Positions 27,651 to 40,496 of a DNA stretch of 64,000 nucleotides are shown here, piece by piece. The notes beneath the pieces were generated by a model. The model was not told the origin of the DNA. It saw only the letters and a program-made list of their open reading frames with translations, and did not search any database. Made by a program: the position numbers and the translations under genes. How positions within the stretch are numbered: position 1 is the first letter of the stretch; each line of letters starts with the position of its first letter. The DNA comes from Ylistrum balloti (lineage: Eukaryota): NCBI RefSeq assembly GCF_031769215.1, contig NW_026782001.1:1426001-1490000 (forward strand), given 5' to 3'.

Positions 27651-27660
27651 GTCACGTGAC
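27651..27660. promoter_or_regulatory. Perfect CLEAR-type E-box (GTCACGTGAC) upstream of DRAM paralog 2
   Basis: Exact palindrome followed by CATAAAAG (TATA-like, about 27673) and a GTAAGT donor at about 27760, suggesting a promoter and an untranslated first exon. Confidence 0.4.
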
Positions 27661-30600
27661 ATTGATTTGTGACATAAAAGTCAAACAATTCATACTAATC
27701 ACATACATCATTTAGGAAGAGGAGCCTGTTATGATTGTCCAAAATCGTCAACAGCGTTTGTAAGTGATTTATATACTGTCCTTATGTAGTACTTCAACGT
27801 TAAAGCATAACATACTCAGACTAAACATACACATACTCAAATATATACCATTTTAATCATGACATATAAAAATTACTGATTTTATTGGGAAGAAAGCGTG
27901 CAAATATGAGATACATTAAAAGTTTCATTTTTTTAAAATGCATCTTAATTTTAACTGAAACGAATTATAAATATTTATATATCACGTGCTGTTTTGAGAT
28001 AGAATTATTTCAAACAGCTTCCTATGTCAATCTCATAGCATGCCAATTATATCGTACTATTATCAATGACGTCATAAACCATTCTTAGAAACAACATTTC
28101 AATGAGAATTTATTAAGTACAATGTATTTCTATCTTTTTTATGCAAATGTTGATACTTGATGTAAACATAGTCGGAATAATTCATTTAACATACAATTGA
28201 CCCGATTCATATGTAGAATATGTATTACAATGTCTGACAGTAGTGTGTATTAGGAATTAAAACATCCTTATTAGGTGTATGCGTACGATAAAACTCTCAA
28301 GTTCCTATTACAATGCATTTTATGGTTGAATCGTACAGCGATTTACGTGTAGTGTTTATTGATTCATGCTCGTGATGACGATAGGAAGTGAGGTCAAGCA
28401 GGACTGGTTTAGTAAGGTTAGCTGTATCCCTTTCACGTTTACATACCCTCATACCAGACATTCACTCACTCACTTTTGATGAATAGGAACTCCACACACA
28501 TATTTACGATTACCCAGGACTTCGCTATGGATGCGTTTCATTACACAAGGTAAGTTAGTCTCGTTTGTCCGTGTTAGTTTAGATATCGCTTGCATATAAA
28601 TCTTCTTAAAACATATAGAAATATTAGCTTTCAGCAAACAACAACATATCAAAGTTATCTTCAATACATGTAGGTATTTTGAGGTTTTCTCCTTACATTG
28701 TCTGGATAGAGGTTTTTTACGTATTATGATTGATCATTACACATCGAATTCCAATCCTGAATGTGATGTTCATCATACTCTGTTTGATTTGTCAGCACCT
28801 AAATTATGTGTTTATATAAGGTATGGAAATATAAAATAATACACACATGGAGAAGGTTACCGCTAAAGTCTTTACGTACTGACAAATCACATAGGCATTA
28901 ACATTTCTGAATAAGTACATTTATATACAGCAGTGATGATCATTGCTTGTATTGTAAGATATAAATATGTGCAAGAAGTATACATAGATATTTTACGCAG
29001 ACGAAAAGGGGACTTTTTCAATAGCATTATAGTGACAACTAACATGTCGATTTTGTTAAAAGAATGACATTAGTTGAATAATGATATTTCTTCAATCTGA
29101 ATACTTAGCTTATGTATGTAATGTAAGATGTATCTTTTTAGAATCAAATTCATAAGGCAATTGAACTCATTGTCAAACACAAAACAAAATCAATATTGAA
29201 GAAATCGGGTCACAAAACCAATTACATATATACTCAACACACATTTTCCAAGTTGAAAGATAATTCTTTTAAACAAAGTTAAACAAACGAATTTAAATAC
29301 GTGAGAGATCCGATGTGTTGTTTACGTAAAAACGAGCCAATATGCAAAAGCCTTTCACACATAATTATCAACCATCATGCAAGATGATCGAGTAGTTTTT
29401 AATTATTCATATCCACTCTGAAATAAACAAAAGCACATGTCTTGTTGCTAACCAATTATCGATCATTTAAAAAGCTGAAGAATATTTTACTGTGTATTTA
29501 TTTCCACGGCAGATGTTCTTACACTCGCAATAAAAATTGTTGTCGCAAATTGATAACAATTGGTTTTATACAAGTATCTTGTGAAATTGGCAATGGAAAA
29601 TAAATTTGCCATTGTAAACAGCCTATCACGAATAATTGTAGAAATGAGCTCGTTTGATGTGTAAAATAGCAATATCGATCATGGTAAAGACATTACCCTC
29701 AAAGGAATTTTTACACTGACTTTCACCGTTACATAGGTTATTTTTCAGAAACATTCAGAAAGCTGATAGCAGTTGCTGAAACCTTACATCAAACCGAGAA
29801 GAAAAATATACTTGTGAAATATTTAGAAAATGTTTCACCACGAAACCAATTTAAATATACATATATATATATAAAGTTAATTTCACACTTGGATGAAATC
29901 TGCTTTAAAGCATGCATTGTCTGCCTTATTTATTGATTGTTTATATATATATAGACGTACTTGTCAATGTTACAATCTGCATAGCATATGTACACGATCA
30001 AATCAACCGTGAAGACACAATGTCCTCAAACAATATACCATTGAATGAAAATATAAACGGTTCAACAAAGTATTGTTGTAACACTATTTTAATAATTATC
30101 ATATATAATGTATATATAAAGGAATAATACGTATGCCGTAACAACCCATTTCCATATTTACAATTTAGACAATGGCATGTACCTATAATATAGCATTAGA
30201 TGGGGTCAACGACTACATATCTATATATCACTATATCCGATACATGCCGTGCTGGAATTATTCGGAAACAAATTAGTCATTCGGAAATGTTAAATGTTAT
30301 TATAAACATGTTTTGAACCACAAACCGCGATCTATTTTGAAGTAATAAAACTAGCAAACATGAAATACCAACAAACCAAAATGCAGTGTTGAGTTCCCTA
30401 AGGTTCTTATCTGAAGGCGTGTTTAGTGTTTAGATAAAGAATTGGGACAAAGCGATATAATTTTAAACATAATACCATTCGGAAATTACTTTTAGCATAC
30501 ACTTATTTAGCCACTTTGAGTGTTTCCCTTATCTAGGACATATCTATATAAATTCATACATATTACGTTTTATTGACAGTCACATGGGTAGGTTTAAATA

Positions 30601-30686
30601 TAGGTATACGATTCACTGTAAATCCACACGTCAACACAAGTGAATACAGGCACATACGGCAATACCAGGCTATTAATAGTTGAGTT

Positions 30687-33600
30687 ATGGAGGAGGACAC
30701 TTGTTGTCTTCCACATACGTCAAATCATTCTATGGGTGACGGGTAAGTTTGCCTTCGTAAACTAATGATAGATTTAATATCTATGGTATCTATTATGTAT
30801 GCGAATCGACGGTACTATTTAACTCTTTAATGGGAGCTGTACACATATATACATAACGTAAAAATCAACAAATGTTTCCTATATAATACTTGACTTCAAC
30901 GTAACCATGTTTACTCTTTACACCATAACTAACTCCTAAATAACAGTATTTTGGTGGGCGTATAATCGTACACCTTTTCGCTGTATTCGTGTGTTGTACC
31001 TGTGAATGTATTAAGTAGGTCAACCACTTTGAGATAAATACCCATTAGACACATGCATACCTCTACACCTTAACTCCAATAGAAATGTCTATGTTTCGGT
31101 GATAAAAACAGCTCCTCCGCTCTCTTTGTTCCTGATATATTGTAACACCGCTGTTGGTATATCCGCATACATTATGAGAAATTGAGAATTGAAAGTTCTA
31201 GAATATATCCATATTGTGATTTACTTGAATAGCAGCTGTGTCAACGATTTGATAAACCATCCACGTTCTTAACTAAATATTTGTTTTAGCGATTGATTGT
31301 ACATGTGTTGGGTTTTACTCTATATATGTGCTACACACATATACACTTGCGTGCTCCGTTCTTGTGTGATTGAATACTAAACTCGACTTTTGTTTCGATA
31401 TTAAGCACGGACAGGCTGGACACTGACATTGCTACAAAGACACCAGGCTGTTTAGGATGCCTACAGAGACGGCCATGGATCTTATCTTTAATCACGTCGT
31501 TATGGTTATTTTTCTCCATCTTTATCACGTAAGTACATGTCTATTGTATCTTTTCTTATAGAGACTATTCTAATTAAAGATATGACACACCAAATTGTAT
31601 AACATACGAAATCTTCTTAATTACTAGAAAATATATGAATTTCCCTGTTCCTTTGTAAAACATAATTCGATCACTAATATCATGATACTATGTGGAAAAT
31701 ATAAACCAAAGGTATGGCAAGTCTTGACATTAGTTCGTAACAGGACGGGACTGCTATGTTCATTTTTGATTTGGTCTTATTTATATCAGGTGATTTGAGA
31801 TATCTATTTATAACAGGAAATCCTCTAGAAATAATTATAGAACCTTTGTCATCATGTTCTTACTCATTATACAAACCACGTTTCTTATCTTTTTATTTGG
31901 AAAAACCATATGATAAGCATAACACATGAGTTTCTGCTGTTGAATGTAACCAAAATAAACTGAGACCTGATAGCAATTATATGAAATTCTACTATTGTGT
32001 TTGTGCCATGGTCAGAATGGGTTACGTAAACATACATTTACAGACTGCGATAATCCTCTAACTGCGCGCCATTATAATTAGTTATGTGAGAACCATTATA
32101 TTTTCCAATAACCATTTTCGCTGCATTAACTTTAAACTGACTGTATGTGTGTATTTAACATACCAATGCGTATGACGTGAAGACGATTATATATATGCCA
32201 TTCAAATTTTAATTTAACTTGTGACTCTTTGCAGCTTGAAATATATACACAACTGAAATGTATTCTCAGTGGAATGATTAAACCCATTTGCTTATTCAAC
32301 GAATTGTATCTAATTCTCATATTTTTGTGTATAAAATCAAATAGACTTTGTAATGGAATAAACGTGTTAAACACTATTTCCTTTCTTTATATCTGATATT
32401 GAAATTTCTAACCATTACTGTCTGCTTTTATTGCGTTGACAGTAATATTTTCCAAAATTAGGTCTCCCTCCTTAGTTATTGTTCATTTCATGGTAATTGA
32501 ATACGCGTTATTTTAGGAACTAAACCATAGAGTAGTGTCATTTTCCGATGTCAAGATGTTTTTAAAGTAATTAATTACTAAAAAACGATAGAATAGCCAA
32601 GGAAAAGAGCTTGAAATGATCATTGTACAAATGTAAATATTAAATCGTCTTATATCGGTGTGTACAAAAATTGGGACTCCAACTGTCCCATTCAAGTAAG
32701 GTACCGAAGGCCGTGTTACACACTGCGCTAACAGGTTGTTTATTATTTTTATCTAGTTCAGTCGAGATGATATACGGTGTCACCATGATCTCTTTCTATC
32801 TCATTAGTGCAATGATATATTCGATTTTGCTTTTATATAATTCTAAGTTATACACTCCAATTACGTGGTTTATCCCTTAAAGGTATGTTAATACCGTAAG
32901 AAAATGTAATCCTATTTATGTATCGATCTAATAATCCTATTACTTCAGATACCTAATCGGGGTCGTACTGGGCCATATATCCACCAACAACTTTCCATAT
33001 ATCAGGTAAGTATGACCTCAATTAAATGATATTATTATCTTTATTGAACTCTGTACATTTTTCGAGAAATACTTTTTCGCCGGCAGAATTCACCGATGAT
33101 TCCAGTATATCACAATATCCTATATTTCTATACACTTATCATGTTATGTTACTACGATAAATGTTACTATAACAAATGTTACATGGTGCTATATGATAAA
33201 TATTAAATGTTACTATGATGAATTTTAAATATCACTATGATAAATGTTTAATATACAACTTTTTTATTTTAATCTTTACCTGTAGTCACACTGCAATTGA
33301 GGACCCAGAGAGGGCAATATTTGGCCAGTGTATCAACATAGGTGCTGTTCTACGTAAGTACGATTTCCATTCAGAAACATTGATTTAATCCCAGTAGATG
33401 TTAATCTGATTTCAGCATAACAATAATTCAATCTCAAAGTAAATTCAAAGTATTTACTACTTTTCATCCCTATATGGTCCGCGTAATTCCCCCCATGAAA
33501 ATAATTATACATATAAACATGTATATTCATTTAATTTGAATATTCCTATCACCGAAAAATGACCATTGCTGTTGCACAACAATATCTATATCAGGAAATT

Positions 33601-36600
33601 GATTTATAACATTACTCAGGTACAGAGATGCAATCCCTTCCAGAATATTTTTCTCACGACTCCTGTATGTGTGATAAATGATATCATGGCCGGAATCACA
33701 AGATCTTAAAAATCACACTTATTACCTAATCATAAACTTCTATTTTCATATCTTTTTGTAATATCATTATATATTCATTTACATACACATATACTCTGTG
33801 TGTATGTGTTTATTGACGATAAACGTATTTATTTACAGTTGGTTTAAACGATGTTATCAGATATCTATATCTGAAGCATATGCTTTACCTGTCTAACGTG
33901 TCACGCAGTTGGCACAGGTGTAATATCGCTTCATGTGTCATCGGTATCATCTCATCATTTGGACTCAGCATGGTGGCAAATTTCCAGGTAGGATGTTTTA
34001 AGTACCAGCATATACAAGATGTATCCAGGAGGTATATGATTGAGATAAAGAAATATATTTAAACTGATTGATAGCGAGACCATGTAATGTCTTATATCCT
34101 AATTCACTATCTTTTGTTGACTGAAATAAAAGACCGTTTAATAATCCTGATACACATTCAAGCATAAATTTAGATATGTCTTTCGGTTCACAACTTACTA
34201 TGAACTATCTGCAAATTTTTATATAATAAAAAAACTACATCGTTGCCTAATCAGGATATAGCAAAGTCGTACAATGTAACATTTTGTCATATCGGCCTAT
34301 AAATTACAGCAAAGGATAACACCATCCAATCACTAACGTTGTATTACTCTGTTTTGAATTGTTGCACGGGATATCATCGGAATTCTTCCTGTTTCATGAA
34401 TTTGTACCGATATCCTTGTTCCTATTAAATGCTTATAAGGTGACGACCGAGCTTCAACAGAATATGTTTAACGTCCTTCGGATAACTCTAAATACTGGGA
34501 ATCGTATCTCTATCCACTTGTTGTATCCTTCTTTAACAGATGTACCTAATGAGTGTCCTGGGATTAATGAGTTCCCAGGGAGTGTCCTGGGATATTTTTT
34601 GCACACAAGAGTTCATCTATTTAGAATGTTTTAATAATTCTTTAGTTTTAGAAAGTTGACATCCATGGCTAATAACATGCATACAATGATTCTGATTGAC
34701 TGACTTATAAGTATTGCGATGCACCGTTGAAGTTAATGCGTAGCTTATACACTTACACAATACACCATGTAGGAGTGAGTCTCCTGTGATTTTTTTTCGC
34801 ACGCCTGGCAATTCGTTAAGAAATCTCAATTAATGAAATGCTTGGCGTAAAAATGTCCCAGGACACTCACACATTCATCCCAGGACACTCACACATTCAT
34901 CCCAGGACACTCATTAGGTAGGAATTCCGTATCATATATAATGTGTTTAATGAATAAGACTCCTATCCGTGTCGTGATTTTGTTAATCTGTCACATATAT
35001 CGTTTACGTCAATATTTAGTCATTCCCCTCCAGTAATATACTTACGTACTCTTATATAAGTTTATCCACATCCTTAATGATACATTACTCATAATCATTA
35101 TATTGTAGATACATATCGAACAATTGCTTGAGAAATCCGATAAACCATCACAGGTTATCTCCCTTTGATCTTCCAGCGTGTACAGTAATAGGAATACAGA
35201 TGCGTTCAATCTCGTTTACAATAATAGTGTAAATACTGTTGAAATCGAACGAAATGGTTTCCGAAATAATTAATATCATTGTTATGTCAAGAGGGACAAA
35301 AACATTTGGTTGGTTACTACATGATGTAGACAGTTATAAGAAATAAGTAAAAGGATTTTGACATACTATCTATATTGTGCCTGATCACAAAGCTTCAAGA
35401 ACTTTATACTATTCCCATTTTATAACACAACCAACATTCCTAACTATAACACAAAAAGCATGTGCTAAGTCATTACTTTCTTATCTACAATGTGTGTAGT
35501 ACAGTGCTTTGAACATTTTGAGCTTTTCTTATTTCTGTATATTTTTATTGTGATATGGGAAAAGAAATGTTACTTCTAGAGGTTTTATGACCATAAATGC
35601 AGGTGCTGTCAGTGAAGTTTTTGAATAGCAGGCCTTAATTCCGTACTTTATCAGGAGTTTCCGTGTCCGTGTAAATTTTGTTAATATTTTGTCAACTTTT
35701 CAACAATTTTGGTTTTGACTAACTATTTTGTTAACATCTCAGTATTTTCATATAAATTATGATTGTATGATTATATGTCGATAAAAAGGCAGAAATAAGT
35801 CGGCATATATAAATGGTATATAGTTATGAATGTTTGACATAACATGACAAATAATTATCCCAGCCTATAGTATCCTTTTTAGTCCATCATATCTTATACG
35901 GGGTAGATCCGAGCTGTTACTCTCGCGTTTCTTATTAGCTTTCTAAGACGTTTCGATGGCACTGTTAATCTGTTACTTTAGTGGCTGACGCTAGGTGGCG
36001 TGGTTACTACACTCGAAACAAACACGTTAATTAAATTTGTTAATGACGTGCTCCGTTACTAAAAATATAAGGTGTTGTTATTGGGATAGTAAAAATGTTA
36101 ATCTCATCTAATTTAATTTAATAAACTGTTGCAGATATGAGACATTTCTTTAGAACTTCTGGGTAAAGTTTCACGAAAATTCTTAAGTACGTTCTCATGC
36201 TCAAATTTGAGAACAGCCAATCAGAAATGACGTTATATGCTCTAACGTCATTTCTGACTGGTTATTCTCAAATTTGAGCACGAGAACGTACTTAAGATTA
36301 TTCATGAAACCCGACCCTGTAACAGTTCATAAGGATCCGACCTTACAAAATCACAGTGGTTCAGCATTAAGTGTTAAATGTTCTTTGCACTGGTCTGATT
36401 GATTGATATTCTTGTTTTATTTGACAAATGTGGAAAGAAACTGTAATTTGTATTTCGTTTTTTACAGACTGAGCTTCACAAGCCACCCCATTATGTAGGA
36501 GCAGCCCTGGCATTTGCAGGAGGGACAATATATTGCTGGATGCAAACAGTCTTGTCCAGGAAGTTGATGATAAAAAGAGGAGGAAGCCGTTCAGTTTTCA

Positions 36601-37817
36601 TATTTCAGGCAATCGTTAGCCTATTTATGACAATTTCCCTTATCATATGTATCCTTTTTCTACAATTTATTAATAGAGATAACCTTTTGTAGATGCATTC
36701 GTACAATGAAACATTATTCTTTATTACCTTATTTGGTCATGCAGTTTCCTTAATGGTTTGCAGTTGGCGCAACAAAATTATCATACAAACTATTAGAAAC
36801 ATCAGGTGACAGAAAGATAATTACGGTAAGTGGATGTCAATTAAGAAAAACCTTACCCCTGTATGAATGCTACTTTTAAGTGGAAATGAATCTTACCTTT
36901 TCTAGAAAATTGATATTTTCCTTTTGATGCGTCATTGCAGTGGATACATTGCTGTTGAAAGAATCAACAATGGAAGAAGAGCATTTATCGAATGTTTGTT
37001 ATCTGTCATACCAATCTAAGTTATCCAATGTCTTACTATTAAAGTAATATAATATTGAGTTAACTAATGCGAATATATCTTAGAAATAAATGATGGATTC
37101 AATAATAAAGGAACGAAATTCATAAATGTATTAAGGAGAAATGATTGTTTATTTTTATACAAAGTGTTTTTCAGTTAGAACGTAGACTCGATTTTACATA
37201 ATGCGATATTTGTCCATTTCCGTCGTCATTGATGAAACCAAGGTTTATATATAGATATGTATTGTTATATTTCCTTAGCCGTAATCCACTGATAATAATG
37301 TCGCTTCATTAAGATATAGATAATTTTGTATATACTATTTGTTGAAGCTTTCACTGAAAGGAAAGTCTTCTTATTGACTTATTTTTACTGTTTCAGCCGT
37401 CACTGATGGGACTTTATCTGACGTCCACTGTATCAGAATGGCTACTTGCCCTGTCTGTTTCCTGTTTCCTCCTCACCTACATACCTCATTTCAGGAAAAT
37501 ACAATTAAAATCACCTCGGATACATAACAAATTCAGCAATGTCGTCAGCCCTGTAAGTCTATTTTATTTCTGATATGTTTGTGTTTCGTTGCATTAAATT
37601 GATTAATATATCATCAAGAGGATATTAAATACGACGAAAAAAACGAAATAATGTATAATATGACGAATAATAGGGACAAAAAACCTTAAATTCAATTGAA
37701 CAAAATCAAACCTACAGCCGGATTTGACATCATGTGAAAAGTCATGCATCTTTTGCCGACGATGTATTTTTTCTCTTACAGGTAACACCTTGTTTTATTG
37801 GTCCGAATGCTACCTGA
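30687..37817 (+). CDS. DRAM: DRAM/TMEM150 family multipass membrane protein, paralog 2, about 295 aa, 9 coding exons
   Basis: Exons 30687-30742 (tentative start exon), 31406-31528 (alternative acceptor 31415), 32949-33005, 33286-33353, 33839-33987, 36468-36648, 36764-36825, 37397-37552, 37782-37817 (tentative last exon). Motifs: LGHISTNNFPYISHTAIEDPERAIFG, FGLSMVANFQ, PHYVGAALAF, TSTVSEWLL. Exon phases match paralog 1, with identical 68-nt and 181-nt exons. Confidence 0.88.
33140..33250. repeat. Short degenerate AT-rich tandem repeat (ATGTTACTATGATAAAT-like)
   Basis: About 6 diverged copies in the intron between exons 33005 and 33286. Confidence 0.6.
34545..34918. mobile_element. 374-bp MITE with TIRs, subterminal repeats and TA flanks (Tc1/mariner-like)
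   Basis: The left end CCTAATGAGTGTCCTGGGA is the reverse complement of the right end TCCCAGGACACTCATTAGG. TA lies on both sides (34543-44, 34919-20). GAGTGTCCTGGGA is reiterated subterminally. Confidence 0.85.
36161..36317. mobile_element. Palindromic fold-back MITE (about 157 bp)
   Basis: Arms of about 67 bp (TTTCACGAAAATTCTTAAGTACGTTCTC...GAAATGACGTTA and its reverse complement) flank a 7-nt loop TATGCTC, with few mismatches. Confidence 0.88.
36649..36763 (+). other. U12-type GT-AG intron of DRAM paralog 2 (115 nt)
   Basis: Donor GTATCCTTT (36649-36657) and branch point TTTCCTTAAT (36745-36754) 9 nt before the end of CAG. Same position and phase as in paralog 1. Confidence 0.92.
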
Positions 37818-39486
37818 AGCAGTCGTTACAACTGTACGAACTGATGAGTAGATATAAAGATTCCTACAGTATTCGTGTATAACGGACGGTGCTTATCTGT
37901 GATAACATCCTATATTATTTCATTTCATTCAGTCATATTTCTTACCATCACATATCTATTTATTCTTAGATTAGGTATTTTTATACATGTAAATGTCATA
38001 TTGTAATACTGTATACTTGTTTTGGTCAGCAAATCTACGCATATTGTTTTCATGTTATAGGTCTTGTTCTGATTCGTTTCAATAAATTGATTTATTTCAA
38101 GTGAATTCTACATCATGTCAACCCGGCTACAAATTCACAAATAAATGTTATTGTTTTTTAAATTGAGGATTTAGAGCTTCTTGATTAAAATCGGTTATTG
38201 CTACTGACTCACCAAACATTGGTGTCTTCATATGTGTTTTTCCGGTAGGGTTTAGTTGACCTGGATATATTTTGTATGTGCTGAAGTTTCAAATATTTCA
38301 GGTACATTTCAAATTTGTATGTTATTTTTATATGAAATGCTTGGCCAAATTTCTTGACGTAGCCATATTCGTTCCTGCCTAAATACTCTTAAATGACGAA
38401 CATCACTTGAATTTTAAATAGTGCTGTTTTGCTCTAAAACACCAAAGAAACTTGAACGATCACAACTCGTCGATGTCTAAATGATTGCCTGGCGTAGGTA
38501 TCATTTAAACTACATTTACAAGCAATACGTTATTTTAGGACGTATTTTCATTCAGCTTCTTTACCTATGTTGTATTTTCATATGTTGTTTGATAATTCAT
38601 ATAGTATTGATAAGTTAGAGTCGAGAGTTGTTTGATATCATTAGCTGCAATGGAAATACATGGTTCAGGACTACGAAAATGACTTAAAACTGATACAATC
38701 TATATAAATGTAATGAATAGAATATAAATCTGATTTTATTATTAAAACAAATGAAGAAATTGTTTTGTGTTTTTATTAAATTTGTAAGAAATGTTCTCCA
38801 TACAACAAACAAGTTACATGTCCTATTGTTAACACTTAAGCCTGAAGAAAGGATCTTTATATAAAATCTTCATTTTTACACCTTATGAGTCTATGGAATC
38901 CTACCTACAGTTCATCTCGAAGCGCACAAAATACTACATCTTTAAATAAAGTAAAGCAGTTTTATCATGTATTACGCTTTTTGCATTCAATATACTTTCC
39001 GGTGCATTTCATATATTGCTTTTGGCAGTCGTATGGAAAGCTAGCAAGTGATGTAATTATACATACGAATAAAGATAGATAAGTGAGAATGGGCGTGATA
39101 AAGGGAAGTGTATATTTAATTTTCAAAATTTCAAAATATCAATTACGCTGTAAATCGAACGTCATAGCAGTGGTATTATGAAGTGTAAAGATTTAAGCCA
39201 TAAGCATTGTCACGTACGAATAAGTAAACAGTTTCTTTCTGTACAGCCTACTGCTTTGTACTATATTCGATTAACAAATGTTATACTATTATACATCAAA
39301 AAGGCGAATTACAATAGTACTTCTTGATAAATACTGTGTATGCATCCACATTGAGACTTAACTCTGAAGGAGGACTGTCGTGTTCAATTCGATCTGATTG
39401 AAATTTCTCAAACATGACAAACACTACCCAGTTCTTAATGATCAACTGCTAAAGACAAATTTTAGTTGGAGTTGATCAAGAGGATG

Positions 39487-40496
39487 TCAGAGTATAGATG
39501 ACACAGTTATGGAACCAAACATATTCCATAACACTTGAAGAAAAGACGCATGTGCATCTATTGATTCTGGTGAATCTGTTGTTGTATTGTTATTGTCATT
39601 GTTGTCAAATATGAACCCGCTTAACACGGAGCTACGGGTACTGGTGTCTACATTTTCTGTTTCATCTCTCATGGAGATAGCTCGGGCAGTAGCTTCAAAA
39701 CCTTTACCAGAATCCCGAGCATTACTTTTAAAAGTTAGAATAGCAAGAGTTCCCTCAGAAATCAAGGTTTTGTTCATCAGGGAGGAACCACAATGTCTGA
39801 AATATAAACATAGTAACCACTTAGATGTTTATGTTGAATAAGCGATTATCACATTAATCATTAATCGGAACATTAATGACAGTTGCCGTATTTATACCTG
39901 TCTTATAATTATACATGTAGTACCTGCAATGAAAATTGTTTTATACAACAGATATTTATATATGTATGATATATCAAACATTTACTATTTATTGATAATT
40001 TCTATCAAATATCAAGCTTTATATGTGAAAGACAAAACTAATGCACTTTCAACATTTATACTTACATTTGACCTCGCTCAGTTATATTGCTTGTCAAGTG
40101 AACCTCTAAGTAATCGTTTCCACAATTGGTTGATTCTAAAATATCAAACTCGTCTATAACGATCTCAAGCTTCATCCCACTGTTCGCCTGGAATGAAGAA
40201 TACAAAAACATGTATCTGATTCAATCATGAAAACTTCAAATCTTTTTTTTCAAAAAGCAAATAATCAAAACTATTCTAATGACTTTAGTTCTAACATATA
40301 AGATATATTTAATCAATCCGTTAGGTTATGCTTGGTAATAGATTCTTGATGTCAGTTTTATTTATCATTATTCGACATGTACCTACCTGCAGAACATACT
40401 GACATGTCGTGGAAGAAGGGTAGCCATCAGGAAACCCGGGAGATTTTATAGATACAGAGGCTGAAGTCAATCGATAACGTCCTCCACAATCTGCAT
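39487..40496 (-). CDS. CUB domain, N/T/S-rich linker and hydrophobic C-terminus (part of the astacin gene)
   Basis: DCGGRY..KSPGFPDGYPSSTTCQYVLQ / ..FDILESTNCGNDYLEV / HCG...LTFKSNARDSGKGFEATA, then DNNDNNNTTTDS and ASFLQVLWNMFGSITVSSIL*. Confidence 0.88.

Noticed and set aside
32671-32882. First coding exon of DRAM paralog 2
   Set aside because: It has an in-frame TAA before the donor in the required phase and no similarity to paralog 1. The 31406-31528 exon matches instead.
35870-35879. Third U12-type donor GTATCCTTTT in a DRAM paralog 2 intron
   Set aside because: There is no upstream exon and no matching branch point, and a 9-mer like this is expected about 0.4 times per window by chance (rough estimate).
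37818-39486. Overlapping antisense 3' UTRs of DRAM paralog 2 and the astacin
   Set aside because: Candidate polyA signals (AATAAA at 38081 on plus, about 38740-38780 on minus) allow termination without overlap, so there is no positive evidence.
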